A stretch of 64,000 nt of DNA from the NCBI GenBank assembly GCA_051294375.1, contig CM119265.1, forward strand, positions 544,457 to 608,456. Direction: 5' to 3'. The notes below the pieces were generated by a model. The model had not been told where the DNA came from, did not search any database, and saw only the letters and a list, made by a program, of their open reading frames with translations. A program made the position numbers and the translations under genes. The DNA is from Paraspadella gotoi (Eukaryota > Animalia > Chaetognatha). How positions within the stretch are numbered: position 1 is the first letter of the stretch; each line of letters opens with the position of its first letter. Below, piece by piece: positions 41,250-54,639 of the stretch.

Positions 41250-41900
41250 TTTTTAGTAGGATCTGCTTTCAGCAGATCCCGACCCTATAATTCAATTTGT
41301 CGGTCCGTCGGTCCGCCCCCTCAATCTTGTCGGGCATTCACTTATATCATGTCAGAACATCGAATTATGATAAATTATGCAAAAAAAAAACGATGTTCGT
41401 CCGTCTGTCTGTCTGTCTGTCTGTCTGTTCGTCCGTCTGTCTGTCTGTCTGTCTGTCCGTCTGTCTGTCTGTCCGTCCGTCCGTCCCACCTTAGCAAAGA
41501 ACACCAATTACTCGTGATTGGATGGATGGATTGGAATGAAATTTTGTGTGGGTAAGGAAGTGTGTGATTGAGCTGGATATAAAGTTTCGATGGAATCGTC
41601 CGAGTGGAAATGAGTTTAAATGGAAAAAACAAAAAAAAATATTTCACTATTTGAACGCCAATTACTCGAGAGTGGATGGAGCAATTGACTTGAATTTTTT
41701 CATGTGGGTACGAAAGTGTGTGATTAGGCTGGAAATTTAGTTTCGATGGAATCGTTTGAGTGGAAATCAGTTTAAATGGAAAAAAAAAACAAAGAACCTG
41801 TTTCACTAACTGATTATACTTTTTTTTTCTTTTTATATTAAATGTAAATGCAAGAAGTATTAATTAATCAAATAATTAATAAATTAATTAATAATTAATT
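41250..41900 (+). mobile_element. DINE-1/HINE-like element, same family, 3'-truncated
   Basis: ttttagtaggatctgctttcagcagatcccga start, (GTCT/GTCC)n at 41398-41466, reverse-complement match to about 20560-21206. Confidence 0.7.
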
Positions 41901-42265
41901 AATCAGTCAATTAATAAAAATATTAAAAGGTCCTATTCTAATGCAAAAAAATGTTTTTTTTTTTAAATTGGACCATGCCTTTGATGAGCACATAACTAAG
42001 AAAGTAAGAAAGCTGGACTAATGGGATTTGGAAAATAAAAAACGTCAGCAAAATCTGAAGTTGCTATAACCAATTTTTTAGTTATATTATTTGATCATTT
42101 CATTTCACTCCTATTTATTTCTTTTCTTTTTCTTCTTTTTTTCTTTACTCTTCTTTCCTCTTCTTAGCCAATCTCCTCTTCATATATTCCTCCCTCTACT
42201 TTTGCCGACATAACTTTTCTCTCTCTCTTTTCTCTCTCTCTCTCTCTCTCTCTCTAAATGTCCCT

Positions 42266-42320
<55 letters not shown>

Positions 42321-42406
42321 ACAGACGAAACCCGCATCATATCTTCCTCCACTTTCTTTGCCTCGTTTCCTAAATGGCCTCAAGTTACCTTCAACAGCTT
42401 AATCTG

Positions 42407-42447
<41 letters not shown>

Positions 42448-42489
42448 TTTTTCTATTGCCCTCCATTTCAACCTTTTTCTATTCCACTT

Positions 42490-42520
<31 letters not shown>

Positions 42521-43170
42521 TCTCTGTCTTTCTTTCTTTATTTCTCTCTATCTTTCTTTTTTTCTCTCTCTCTCTTTCTTTGTTTTCTTTTCTTTGTATT
42601 TCTTTCTTTCTCTCTATCTTTCTTTCTTTATTTATTTCTTTCCTTATTTCTTTCTTTCTTTCTTTCTATATTTGTTATCTCATCTTTCTTTCTTTTCATC
42701 TTTTTTCTGTTATTCTTTTTTCTTTTTTTATTTCTATCTTTCTTTCTCTCTATCTTTCTTTCTTTCCATCTTTCTCTCTGTCTTCCTTTTTTTCTGTCTC
42801 TCTCTTTTTCTTTCTTTCTCTCTATCTTTCTTTCTGTCTTTCTTTTATCTTTTTTATTCTTCCAACCTTTTCTCATCTAATTTGGTCATTTCATATTTAG
42901 GAACGAATTTCAAAAATATCTCCTTCTACAATTTATTGCAATTCATTTTCGACCTTCCTCCCATTTACTTTCCCTCTCCTAGTTTGTCTCTCTCCTCTCT
43001 CTCTCTTTCTCTCTCCCTTTCCCTCTTTTTCTTTCTCTTTCTCTCACTCAACGCGACTCATAAACACTTATGGTAATGAAGTTAATTAACCTTCAAGGAA
43101 TCAGAATTGACAGCGAAAACGAGATTCTCTTCCGAGACAAAAGCAGCTGAACAGAGAGAGGAGATAAATA

Positions 43171-43240
<70 letters not shown>

Positions 43241-43354
43241 TTTTCTTTATTTCTTTCCTAATTATAGATTCTTTTTATATCTTGTGTCAATTTGTTGATA
43301 ACGATATTCCGAATATAAATATTATAAGTTGGTTCTTAAACATATTTATTTTTT

Positions 43355-43735
43355 AACAAGTTAGAGCAAACAATGCCGGATCTTCCTCGATCATTAGCGG
43401 TTATCAGCTAATCAGATAATTTTCTTTTTTTATTTATTCTATTTAAACTCATTTCCACTAAGACGATTTCACCAAAACTGAATTTCCAGTTCAATCGCGG
43501 AATCCATTCATGAGTAATTTTCGTTTAAAGGATGGACAGACAGACTGACGGACGAACGTACGGATGGACCGACGGAAGGAAAGCCTTTTTATCGATTTAT
43601 CATAATTTATCATAATTTATCATAATTCGAGATTTTGACTTGATATAAGCGTCTGCTCATTTTGAGATTTAGGGGTGGGACCGACGGACCGACAAAGTAA
43701 ATTGTAGAGCCGGAATCTGCTGTAAGCATATCAGG
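43355..43735 (-). mobile_element. DINE-1/HINE-like element, short internally deleted copy
   Basis: aacaagttagagcaaacaatgccggatct end, ggac-type microsatellite and ggaccgacggaccgac...atctgctg end, all shared with 20366-21206. Confidence 0.65.
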
Positions 43736-44094
43736 CAATAAATTAAAAATGTAGGCCTATTACAATTATAAGTATAATAAGCTGCTATAAATAAGTATGG
43801 CTGACAGAATAGAAATAAATATTTAACAGAAACGTACCAAAATATGTATGCAAGTCTTCATTTTCATGTTTTATAAACTAAAATTTATTAAAATTTACTT
43901 TTTTTCATATCACTTTAGTGACCAGCCTGACATGTGTTCGGATCAGCGCCCATCATTTGATCGCATTTCATGCAAACGGATTTTTTTATGCGAACAGATT
44001 CAATTGCGACGTTAATCAGATGCAAACAGATTTCCGCAACTCGACGCCTTGTCAAGGTCAACCCAAGATTTGGTCTTCTGGTCCCTTTAGGGAT

Positions 44095-44128
<34 letters not shown>

Positions 44129-44449
44129 AAGAGAGAGAGAGAGAGAAAGAGAGAGAGGTAGGATAGAGTAGGATAACCGCTATCCTAATCTTTAACCTTA
44201 AACTCTATCCTAATCTTTAATAAAATTAGGCGTTGTGGAAAATTAAAGCCAATTTATGTAATTATTAAACAATAAAAACGATGAATTAGTGACTAAAATG
44301 ACGACGACGACGACGACGACGACGACGATGATGATGTCATAGAATTTGAGTTCGTATGATTATAACAAGAAAAAATGGTGAATGAATACTGAGATACCTC
44401 CTCTCTTCTTCGTCTCTCTCTCTCTCTCTCTCTCTTCTCTCTTCTCTCT

Positions 44450-44525
<76 letters not shown>

Positions 44526-44858
44526 ATGGCTTTTTTCTTGTTTACTTGTTCGATTCTTTTCTTTTTTTTCTCTCACTTTTTATTTCAATAATAAAGTTTT
44601 TTTCTTTCTTTCTTTTTTGCCAAATTCTTTTCTTCTCTCTTTTATTTAGATTTAAATATTAAAAATGAATATACTTGAGTCAATTAGGAAATTAAGGGAG
44701 GGAGATAAAAAACGATAAGAAAAACGAAAAAAGAGAAAGAGAGTGAGACAGAGAGAGAGAGAGAGAGTTGCCCTAGGACCTAAGGCCGATTTCCTTTTCT
44801 GATAGAATCGAGATAAATTGGGACTTTTTTCCGATATCAACCAAGAGATGGAGAGAAA

Positions 44859-44934
<76 letters not shown>

Positions 44935-45093
44935 CTCGGGTGTTATATACGAATTAATTGCCGAAAGCTTGAAGCATAAAATCTTGAATGAAATATCACT
45001 CAATCAATCAATCAAAATGATGAAAGAAAAATAAATAAATCAGGTCGAATGAGATTTAAGGTCGAATCATAAAATAGCGAATCTTTTATTAAA

Positions 45094-45185
<92 letters not shown>
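45094..45185. repeat. Pure (GTC)n microsatellite, ~30 units
   Basis: Directly visible. One of many (GA)n, (GTC)n and (GAAA)n tracts in the window. Confidence 0.97.
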
Positions 45186-45349
45186 AAAAGGAACTTTAGA
45201 TAAGATTTTTTGGCGGCAAAGATCAAAAGAGCAGAATCAGGATTAGAAAGAGATGCACCATAGTAATAATCTCTATATCTGTCTTTATTCTCTCTATCTC
45301 TGCTGAATATGACTCTCTGTTGCTTTTTTAACCAACTTTAGCAGCTTTA

Positions 45350-45425
45350 GATACCGGGTAAGGATTGAACCCGTTACTTTGTGGTCTTGTACTGATAGCT
45401 TTACTCAATTCGCCACCGAGGGGAA
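45350..45425 (-). mobile_element. tRNA-like SINE head (related fragment at 13275-13325, minus)
   Basis: The minus strand has an A-box-like tggcgaattgagt and a B-box gggttcaatcc. The gagt.aagctatcag....gacca core is shared with 13285-13318. Confidence 0.5.
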
Positions 45426-45521
45426 ACTAGGCAGTTTCCCCTAATTTTGTCTCTCTCTTTGACACCTGCTTACAATTAATAAGAAATTAATTTTAAACTG
45501 TTTATTCCAGTTATGTATTAC

Positions 45522-46010
45522 TTAACCACCAAAGCCTGTCCAAAGTCAGGGGCAAGATAGCTTATTTATTAAATGAATGGATAATTTTTATATTGGTTGT
45601 ACCAATTTCATGATAAACATGAGTAAAAATATGTCAGACGTCAGAGAAAACCCTTTTGTAAGGCATTGTATTGAGGTAGTGGAATTTTATTAAGGTGTGT
45701 TTTTGTACATGTCATGTCATGTCATGTCATTTTTTTGTACAAAACATGAAAAAAAACGTTTTTCTTTTTATTACATGGCATATGTTTTTTTTATTTATTA
45801 AGCCATATCAATGTCAAAAATATATCATTGAGGCATGAAATTGGTACAAACAATATAAAAATTATCCCTCTTTTAATAAATAAGCTATCATGCCCTTGAC
45901 TTTGGACAGGCTTTGGTTTTTAAGGCCTCCGTCACTATAACAAGATAATGACCGAGCAGGTCCCTCCAACTTTTAATCAAGACTCTCTCACAGTCTTGTT
46001 TATTCACTCC
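45522..46010. mobile_element. Two oppositely oriented ends of the same MITE family, ~220 bp apart
   Basis: 45522-45611 is the reverse complement of the family end, and 45835-46010 is the forward end. Confidence 0.7.
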
Positions 46011-46762
46011 CAGAGTACCTAAAATGCAAAATATCACAAAGCTTTTGTTACAACCAGTTTAAGCAAAGCAAGACAATAAAATGTTTGATTAAGCTGCGCG
46101 ATTGGAACATGCCATTTAACATGCCCCTGAGGCATTTCATTGAAGCATGTCATAGAGCATGCCCTTAAAGCATGTCATTGCGTCGTTTTATTAAGGCATG
46201 GAAGATTTTCTCATCTCGCCGGCGGGTCAGACATTCCGACCATAAATTTTTATTCCGTCCTCTTTTGATAAAAACTTTTTGTCGTTTTATTATTTTTTTC
46301 CTTTTATATTGTTTTCTTTTTTATTTATTGTTTCTATTTTCTATAATTTTTCTTAATTTAATTGAAGTTTTTTAGTTTAAATATTAGATTATCTGTTAGA
46401 GATAAGGTTAAGAATTTAGGTTATGTTCATCTTTATGTTAAAGATTATGGTTAGAAATTAAATATTAGGGCTAAAAATGGGAAATATTGCAAAAACATTT
46501 TTTTCATAAAACATGACAAAAAAATGTTTTATTTTAGCCCAAATTTTCCAGGGTGAAAATATTTTATTTTTAAACTATATATTGAGCTTGTAAAGTAAAA
46601 AGGGTCCGTTTTTGAAAAAGGTCATAGAGTTGTTTTGGTCCGTCCGTGCGGTTGCGTTGGAAGAGGGGGAGGGGGTAAAGGAGGAGGAGGAGGAGGAGAA
46701 GGCGCCTTTTATTCGGTCATTCGTTATTTATGCTTTGGTCGCGAAAGCGAAAGATTCGGACA

Positions 46763-46794
<32 letters not shown>

Positions 46795-47268
46795 AGGGGG
46801 AGTAGGAAGAGAAGGAGGAGGAGGAGAAGGAGAAGTAAGAGGAGGAGGCGGGTTTAGGATAAGAGTCACGTGTTACGTTGGTTTCGTTATTTTGTGATTC
46901 TGTGATTCTCAGATTTCTTGATGTTGCGATTTTCCCCGATAATTATTTCCGTTTTTTTGTTGTTGTATTGATTTAAAATAAAATATGGTCCGAATATTGT
47001 TTATAGTAATAATTAAATCATTCTTGTTTAATCAGTGATACTTTCATCATTACTTTGTAACGGGTATCGCCCAGGTTCACTCCAGAACTTTAATATCACC
47101 TGATCATCAAATACAAATTACGTTATTTCATACAAATTCACGTGATTCCATAAACAGTCACGTGATTTCATACAAAGTCACGTGACTTCAACGTCGCATT
47201 TTTTCTCCTTCATAAATCATCGACTGAAAGAAAAAAAGTGCAATAAAATCCAGCGTCAACACGAGACC

Positions 47269-47323
<55 letters not shown>

Positions 47324-47809
47324 TCTTTCTCTCTTGCTCTGTCTGACTCTCATCTCCTTCTATCTCTCTATTCTCTCTCTCTTTATCTCTCTTCTCTCTG
47401 TGGTCTGTCTCTCTGTCCTTCTATCTTCTCTTCTCTCTCTCTTTATCTCTCTTTCTCTTTCTTCTCCTCTCTGACTGTCTCTCTCTCCTTCTATCTCTCT
47501 TTTTTCTCTCTCTTTCTTTTTTTCTTCTTCCTCTTCTCCTCTCCTGTCTCTCTATCTTCTTTCTCTCTCTCTCTGTTGACTCTCTCTCTTCTATCTCTCT
47601 TTCTCTCTCTCTCTTTATCTCTCTCTCTCTCTCTGCTGTCTCTCTCTCCTTCTATCTTCTTCTCTCTCACTTTATTTTCTCTTCTCTCCTCTCTTCTTCT
47701 TCTGTCTGTTCTCTCCTCCTCCTTCTTCTCTCTTTTTTCTCTCTCTCTTTTTTTTTTTCTCTCTTCCTCACTCTCTTCTCTCTCTCTCTCTCTCTCCTTT
47801 CTCTCTCTC

Positions 47810-49734
47810 TTTTTTTTCTCTCTCTCTCTTTCTTTCTCTCTGTCTCTCTATCTATCTCTCACTTCTCTTTATTCACTTTCCTCTCTTAATTTGTTTTACT
47901 TTTATTGTTTATAATAGTAAGGATTCCCTTTTCTCTTTTTTCTCTCTCTCTCTCTTGCTCTACTAGTTTTACTTGCAACTTGATTTCCATTACCTGTGAA
48001 GTCTTAATTTCCTTGCGCATTCTGAGCATCATCTCTCTCTCTTCTCTCTCTCTCTCTCTCTCTCTTCTCTATCTCTCTCTCTCTTCTTTCTTTTTTCTCT
48101 TTTTTTTCCACATTATTAACTCGTTCAGTTTCACTGTTAAATATTTATTTAACTCTTTTATCTTCATAATCTTTATCATTCTTCTCGTCAAATCTAAGTT
48201 TTTATGTTCTTAGTTTGTTTGTACTATTTTTTGACCTTTTCCACACGACTACGTTTCCGTCGTCACTTCTCTCTCTTCTCCTGTCTCTCTCTCTCATCTC
48301 TCTCCATCTTCTCTCTCTCTCTTTCTCTCTCTCACCGTCTAATTCTCGAATCTTTCACGGTGTAACAGAAGCGACGAAAATCATTTTTCACAAAAATCCC
48401 ATTAAAACTCAAAACCTCGAAATTCTAACTTTTCTTTTCAAAAATAAAAAAGGAAACAATGTTAAATCAAATCTTTTTCTTCTTAAATTTTTATGAAACT
48501 TTTCTTTCTTCTCTTTCTCTTATCTTTGTTGTTATATTTACATGCATTTTCCCGTATTCTTTTTAAATTCAGATAAAATTTCATTATACATTGTAGGTTG
48601 TACTAAATTTAAAGGAGTGGCGGAGTAGAGAACACGAAAACACCTTAAGTTCACAAATATATTAACCACTTCATTTATAGTAGAATAGTAGAATAGCATT
48701 CTGGGAGTTTATAAACTTGATTGTGGGAGACTTGTTTGAAAACTTTCAAAGTTTTCATATTATCATGAAGTGGAGATGCAGGCTAAAAACCGCACATAGC
48801 CTGTCAAAATAGGAGGCACAGAAAGATTTATTGATTTGAATAATGGATAATTTTATAATTGTTGTATTATTAGTTTTTGCGCCTTGTTTTAAAATGTTTT
48901 TGTTGAAACAAATAAAAATAAACGACTTCACCTTTTTTTCTCCTTAATTTATTCTATTCGTTTCTTTTTTTTTTTCTCTTTTCTTCTTTTTCCTTAAATC
49001 AGCAGCTGCCGTCTCTTCTTGAATTTAAAAGATTCAGACAACGAATCAAAAGATTCAGGCGGAGATTCAAATAGATTCACAGCCAATGAATCAGAAAAAT
49101 TCAAAGCAAACTCCAGGTTTTTTCTAATTTTATATATTTTGAAAGATAAGAACTAGAATTAGTCAATAGACAGGCTTGGTGGCTTTGGCTTAAATTTGCC
49201 TTTTCTAGATTTTGTTTTTGGTTTTTGTTTTTTGTTCTTTTTTTTAAACTTATACTTTATTTTTTTTCATTTGTTTTCAATGCCTTCTCTTTTCTTATTA
49301 CTAAATACTTTTATTTCTTTCTTCTTTTCTTTTCTTTTTCTTTACTGGGAAGATGGGTAATCAAGCTAAAGGTAGGTTCTAACTAGTCTCTCATCAGGGA
49401 AAAGAGGTAAGTAGGGTAAGGAATATATTGGTATTAGTAAATAGCTACAACAAAGGAACAAGGGTTCATAAAAGGGAGAGAAGGGAGAGGGAACAGGTTT
49501 GCAGACCCGAGACCTGAGAGAGAGTTGAGAGAGTGAGTCCGATCTCCAAGACTCTATCGTGACTCCGGGGATGAAGAGGAGGGGAGACGAGGGGAGGAGA
49601 AGGCGTTGAGAGGGGGAAGAGAAGGCCCGGGGGAGAGAAAGGTTCTGGCAGTAGGGTGAGCCTCTACTTGCTTTATATTCATAATTTTTTTTCTTGTTTA
49701 TTTGGTTCTTTCATTTCTCGTTTTTTTAATATTT
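47810..49734 (+). repeat. Copy 1 of a ~1.9 kb direct repeat (copy 2 at 54108-56073)
   Basis: Long colinear identity, e.g. cattattaactcgttcagtttcactgttaaat (~48110 / ~54429) and ggttctggcagtagggtgagcctcta (~49641 / ~55978). Differences are mostly 1-nt indels. Confidence 0.95.
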
Positions 49735-50899
49735 GTCGGCAAGGTAATCGAGGACTTATGATGTTCATGAGGGTGGAAGATATTTATGACAACCTGTGAT
49801 GAGATAGTTCAGCAGTGATACAAAGTATCTTCGCAGGGAAGGTATCACATGCGGATTTCAAATTGATGTTTATATGATTGTTTGATTAAAATCGGCATTG
49901 AGATAAAGGTTTTTCAAATTTGATTAAATGTACTTCTTACATTAGAGAAGGCAAATAAAAACATTGTGAATAATAGTCAGATCATGTTTATCTATTTGTG
50001 ATGAAACAGTCTGACTCAAGTCAGAGAACAATCAGTACAGGTTAACAATCAATAAACAAATGTAAGATCAGTTGAGACCTCTATCGATTGAACAGATTTT
50101 AAATTGAATTCAAAAACAAAAGCTATTTATATAAATGATAATAACTTGCTTGAGGTGGCTAACGCCCCCTGTCGAATATATGTGGGTGAAACTAGTAATA
50201 AATTTCGATAAAAATTGTTTGTCGTCACCGAATGAATGTTTTGTATGAAAATATCATATAATATTGGTATATAGCAACAAAATAAAATCCAAAATATCGA
50301 AAGAAAACTTTGAAAAAATAGAAACCTTCAGAAATTTTATTAACATTGAAAAAGGGATATATCTAATATGAGGTTTGGCAGTTTGAGTTTCCACCAGGAT
50401 CGCTGATGGAGGTAATGGATACTAACAACTCCGGATGCTCGGCGTTCGCGGCAAGGGTTTTTGTTGTTGTTGTCGTTATTATTTTGGTTTTTGCTGGCCG
50501 TCGAAGCATTTCTTTAGTCACTTGCTGCGTATTTTGGTCTTTCGTTGTTGTTGTTGTTCCAGTTTTATCATGTCGTTGGATTGTAGTGTTTGTATTGAAT
50601 CTCCTGGTCGGTCCTGTGGAGTGGTCGTTCACAAGGGTCTCCGATGGAGGCTTCGGATCTCCCAGCGTTGGCTCGTTCTCTTTCGCTTCGTTGTTGTTGT
50701 TCATGAATTTTGGTTTTGAGTTCGAGTAGTCGAGCGGAGAACGTAGGAAGAAGAAGAAGGTGGGCAAAAAAGCGTTGAGAAAGGGGAGGGTGGGTTGGGA
50801 GAAAGGGTAAGTGTTGGGGGGGGGTGGGGGTAGATAAAGGGGGAAGGCAGGCAGGAGGAGGAGGAGGAAGAGCGCTTGAAGCCATCCGATCTTGTTATT

Positions 50900-53800
50900 C
50901 TCATGGTTGTTCGGCTGGAGTTCGCGTTGTAGGCCTGGTCGGCACCGACGGCGTTCTGGGGTGGTCTGAGGCTCGTTGGCTCCAGGATGTCTTACTAATC
51001 AAGTTGGCTTCACTGAGGATAATTTACGACCTTTCGACCTGTGCTGGGGACGTCATCGGTCAATGTTTAAACCATTTTCGTTGATGTACGCGGTAAGGAC
51101 CGTCGTAACGGAGGTACGAGTGGGGATTGATGCCCGCGCGCTTATGAACACGTATGGCCGATTCGAGATGACGGGGATGTGGCGGCCGCTGCGATGGCTG
51201 ATGTTGCAGTCGGCCTGGAGTCTACAATTTCGACGCGGAGACCCTCGCGGTTGGTTCTGACGTTGGCGTTGTGACTTGTAATCGTCGTTTTGACTGTTTC
51301 CTAAAATACTACCGGGAACGCTGATATCTCGCCGAATACTAAGTCAGCTGCTGAGGCTCCGAATGTCCTCCTTACACGTCGTCCGAATTGCTAGGAGTGT
51401 AAGAGGCAGTTCCAAAACCAGTTCTCGTTTTCATCTCGGGCCAGCTGCCATAGTGATTCTTTCAGGCGTCGGTGGAAGCCGCTCACTAAACCGTTGGCCT
51501 GTGATGATAGCAGTGGTCATCTGATGTTTGATTGCCCCATGCCCTCGTCAGCTGTTCCAGAAAGGGCCGAGGGTGAAACTGTGTGACCACGGTCCGTGTA
51601 TTACTGGCTGGAACTCCAAATGTAGAGATCATTCGTGCTTAGGGCCATCGAGTATCGTTGGAGTGAGAGTGTCTCTTAACGCGATCTCGCTGATGGCCAT
51701 CGCGAAATCGATCTACGATGTTAACAGATGTTTAAACGCCGTTTGAGCTGGGCAATTTCACCAGATCAATTTACATGTTGAAATTCGTTTTGGAGGGATT
51801 TTAAGACTCCCCGATTTCAGGCACTACATGTCGGTAAATTTTTGCTCGTTGACATTCAACACATCTCGAGCCATTTTTGTGACATCTTGCTTTCATGCTG
51901 CCGTCCACACGAAATTTCGCCTGCTACTTGCTTCCGAGTGCATCAACTCCTGGGTGTCCGAGTCCATGGATGACGTCAAAAGATTCTTGCGGTGGGCCCC
52001 CAAGCTGCGGGGACAAAAGGCCGGGCTGGGCCGTTGGATATATCTGCTAGGCAGTGTGCTGTTCGACGACTTGATTTTTTCTAAAGTTTAATCCGATTTG
52101 CTCTTTCGCCGAGATTCGCTGGAGTCGGATCCAGACTTTGCTCTTTTCGCATCTTGTTCAAGTCCCTATTCGAAGGTGTTAGCGAGCTATTACAGCCTGA
52201 GGTTCTAGAACGATTCGGTTCCGACTTTATTTCGCTTGCACGCATATCTTGGCTTCGGTGCAAGCTGCTGAGGGCCTGCGGCGGTAGTAGGCGTGTGGTG
52301 GTAACTTGAGTTCGGAGGTTCTTCCGGGCTGCGCTGAGATTTTGTCATGCATTCTGAGCTCAGATCATTTCTGCTGGCTGCGTGGCCGGTCTCTATCTAT
52401 GGAGCGGTACTCGCTTTGATGATCGTGCGTTCGAAGGAATGTAGCGCAGACGAGTATTGTTGCAAGCCTGGGCAGCTGTGAGCTTGCTGTGATCAACGTT
52501 TTGGGGCGGAAAGAGCATTTCCGCTGACGAGTTAGCCTTTCCCTTTAACATATCATGTACTCTCGTTGAATTCTAATCTACCGAGTCTATATTTTTCTCC
52601 TCCCTCGGCTATCCACCTGCCCACTAGCTGGGTAACCGCTGCCTGCCGAGCGGGCGTTTGAGGTTCAGGATTTCTTTTTGAGGAGGGGGATCAGGCCTTT
52701 GAAGGTCAGTATAGATGATAAGCTCGCGGGGCCACTTTTGGGTCTTTAAATACACAGCTTGACCGGGCACGGATTTTCAGAAAGTATGACAAAGCCAAAC
52801 CACAAACGCCTCTAATGGAAGAAAATGGGACGAGAATATCCAAAGAGTTCCCTCTGGGGACATAATAACCTGGCGGCCACAACTTCTGATTCTCTTGGGT
52901 CCTGTCTTCTGCCCAATACTTGGCCCCGCTGAAAACAAAAACCAACAACTAATTTTCAAGTAACTACTTGACGAGGACATTTAATGGGGTGGGAAGCGAT
53001 CAACAATGAGCCCGGGAGCAGAGGCCATCTGCCAAGATTTGAAGAGGTGGTCTTCCAAGGCACTTGACGCCCACGGAAAAACCCTTTAGTATGTCCATAC
53101 GAATAAAAAATGTTCTTCTGGGGGCCGGATCTGTGGGAATGTTCCTTGCCGTCGGTTCTTGTCCGGACAGGAATGGATACGCCATTTGGGCAGAAGAGTT
53201 TGAAACTTTTCTCCAAATGCCGAGTTGAAACCCTAAACTCTCGGGGGCAGATCATCACGGACAACAAAGGATCCAAGGGACCCACAGGGACTATCGCCGG
53301 CATATGGTCACACTTGTGATTGTCTCGAGGTCGGCGCTTCGTGCAACTCGCTTGGTTTGAGGCCCATCAAAACGGAAAACCACAGGGGCCTCAACTGGCA
53401 CGAGTCACTTGCGAAGTCGCCTTCAAACGCCATCCAGGGTTTGATTCATCAGAGGCGGGGGCCTCTAAATCAAATCATTCCCTACAACCTTTCATTTCAA
53501 TTTTGGGCGGCCAACACCGTTGCCTATTGCCTCAGTCTAACCAGAGATTCAGCGGGTTGCGCACTGCGCCTCGTCAACTAACAACCTTGACGGGTGATCG
53601 CGAGGCGTCAGTTTGCGCCGCCAGAGTTGTCGGATCAACGCAGTACGGACGAGCCTACTAAGCAAGTGGGCCCAAGGATGGAGAGCATTTGGCATTTTTC
53701 GGGCCAACATTGGGCAAGATCAAAGTTGTGGCCAATTCCATTACCGGGTACCTTTTGGAGTTTTCCGGAACTTCGTCCAGAGTCATGGAACATTGATTTC

Positions 53801-53900
53801 GGGTAGGAGCAAGGGAGTCAGAACCTGAGCGGCGAGTATGAATACAATTCACTAACAGAATGACCAAAAAACTATCCCGCACTTCCCTTAGAATCTCTGA
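50900..53900 (-). mobile_element. Ty3/gypsy LTR retrotransposon pol, heavily frameshifted (RT, RNase H, integrase, GPY/F)
   Basis: GC-rich block in an AT-rich background. Minus-strand motif fragments occur in gypsy order: LMGLKP (~53360) and VRDDL...HLEK.F (~53255; RT, weak); IIYTD (~52712) and KGKANSSAEML (~52535; RNase H); TDRG (~51592), QANGLV.GFHRRLK (~51485) and ELPLTLLAIRTTCKED (~51395; integrase); YDGPYRV (~51095). Confidence 0.8.
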
Positions 53901-54107
53901 ACCTACAAACTGCGCCTTGAATTGGGTTCAGAGTGCCTGTTCGCGCACCAGCTATTGTCATCGCTCACAAAGGTTGAGGCTTTTTGGTTTTTTTTTTCAC
54001 TTCTTTTTTTCCGGGATGTATTTCCTAGTTTCTTCGTACGCTTTCCTATCCGTTCCTGCGCCTGAGCCACAGACGGATTATCNNNNNNNNNNNNNNNNNN
54101 NNNNNNN

Positions 54108-54330
54108 CTCTCTCTTTCTTTTTCTCTCTCTCTCTTTCTTTCTCTCTGTCTCTCTCTCTATCTCTCACTCTCTTTATTCACTTTCCTCTCTTAATTCTTT
54201 TTACTTTTATTTGTTTATAATTAGTAAGGATTCCCTTTCTCTTTTTTCTCTCTCTCTCTCTTGCTCTACTAGCTTTACTTCGCAACTTGATTTCCATTAC
54301 CTGTAGTCTTAATTTCCCTTGCGCATTCTG

Positions 54331-54392
<62 letters not shown>

Positions 54393-54577
54393 ATCTCTCT
54401 CTCTTTCTTTTTGTCTCTCTTTTTTCCACATTATTAACTCGTTCAGTTTCACTGTTAAATATTTATTTAACTCTTTTATCTTCATATCTTTATCATTCTT
54501 CTCGTCAATCTAAGTTTTATGTTCTTAGTTTGTTTGTACTATTTTTTGACCTTTTCCACACGACTACGTTTCCTTCG

Positions 54578-54639
<62 letters not shown>

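Noticed and set aside
42258-43076. Long SLSL/ERER/F-rich ORFs here and throughout the ORF track (e.g. 29632, 55993, 56934)
   Set aside because: They are translations of (GA)n and pyrimidine-rich repeats that lack stop codons, with no splice or domain evidence.
50363-50885. Overlapping ORFs as an independent gene
   Set aside because: Low-complexity sequence directly downstream of the gypsy integrase on the same strand, best read as the pol tail or 3' region.
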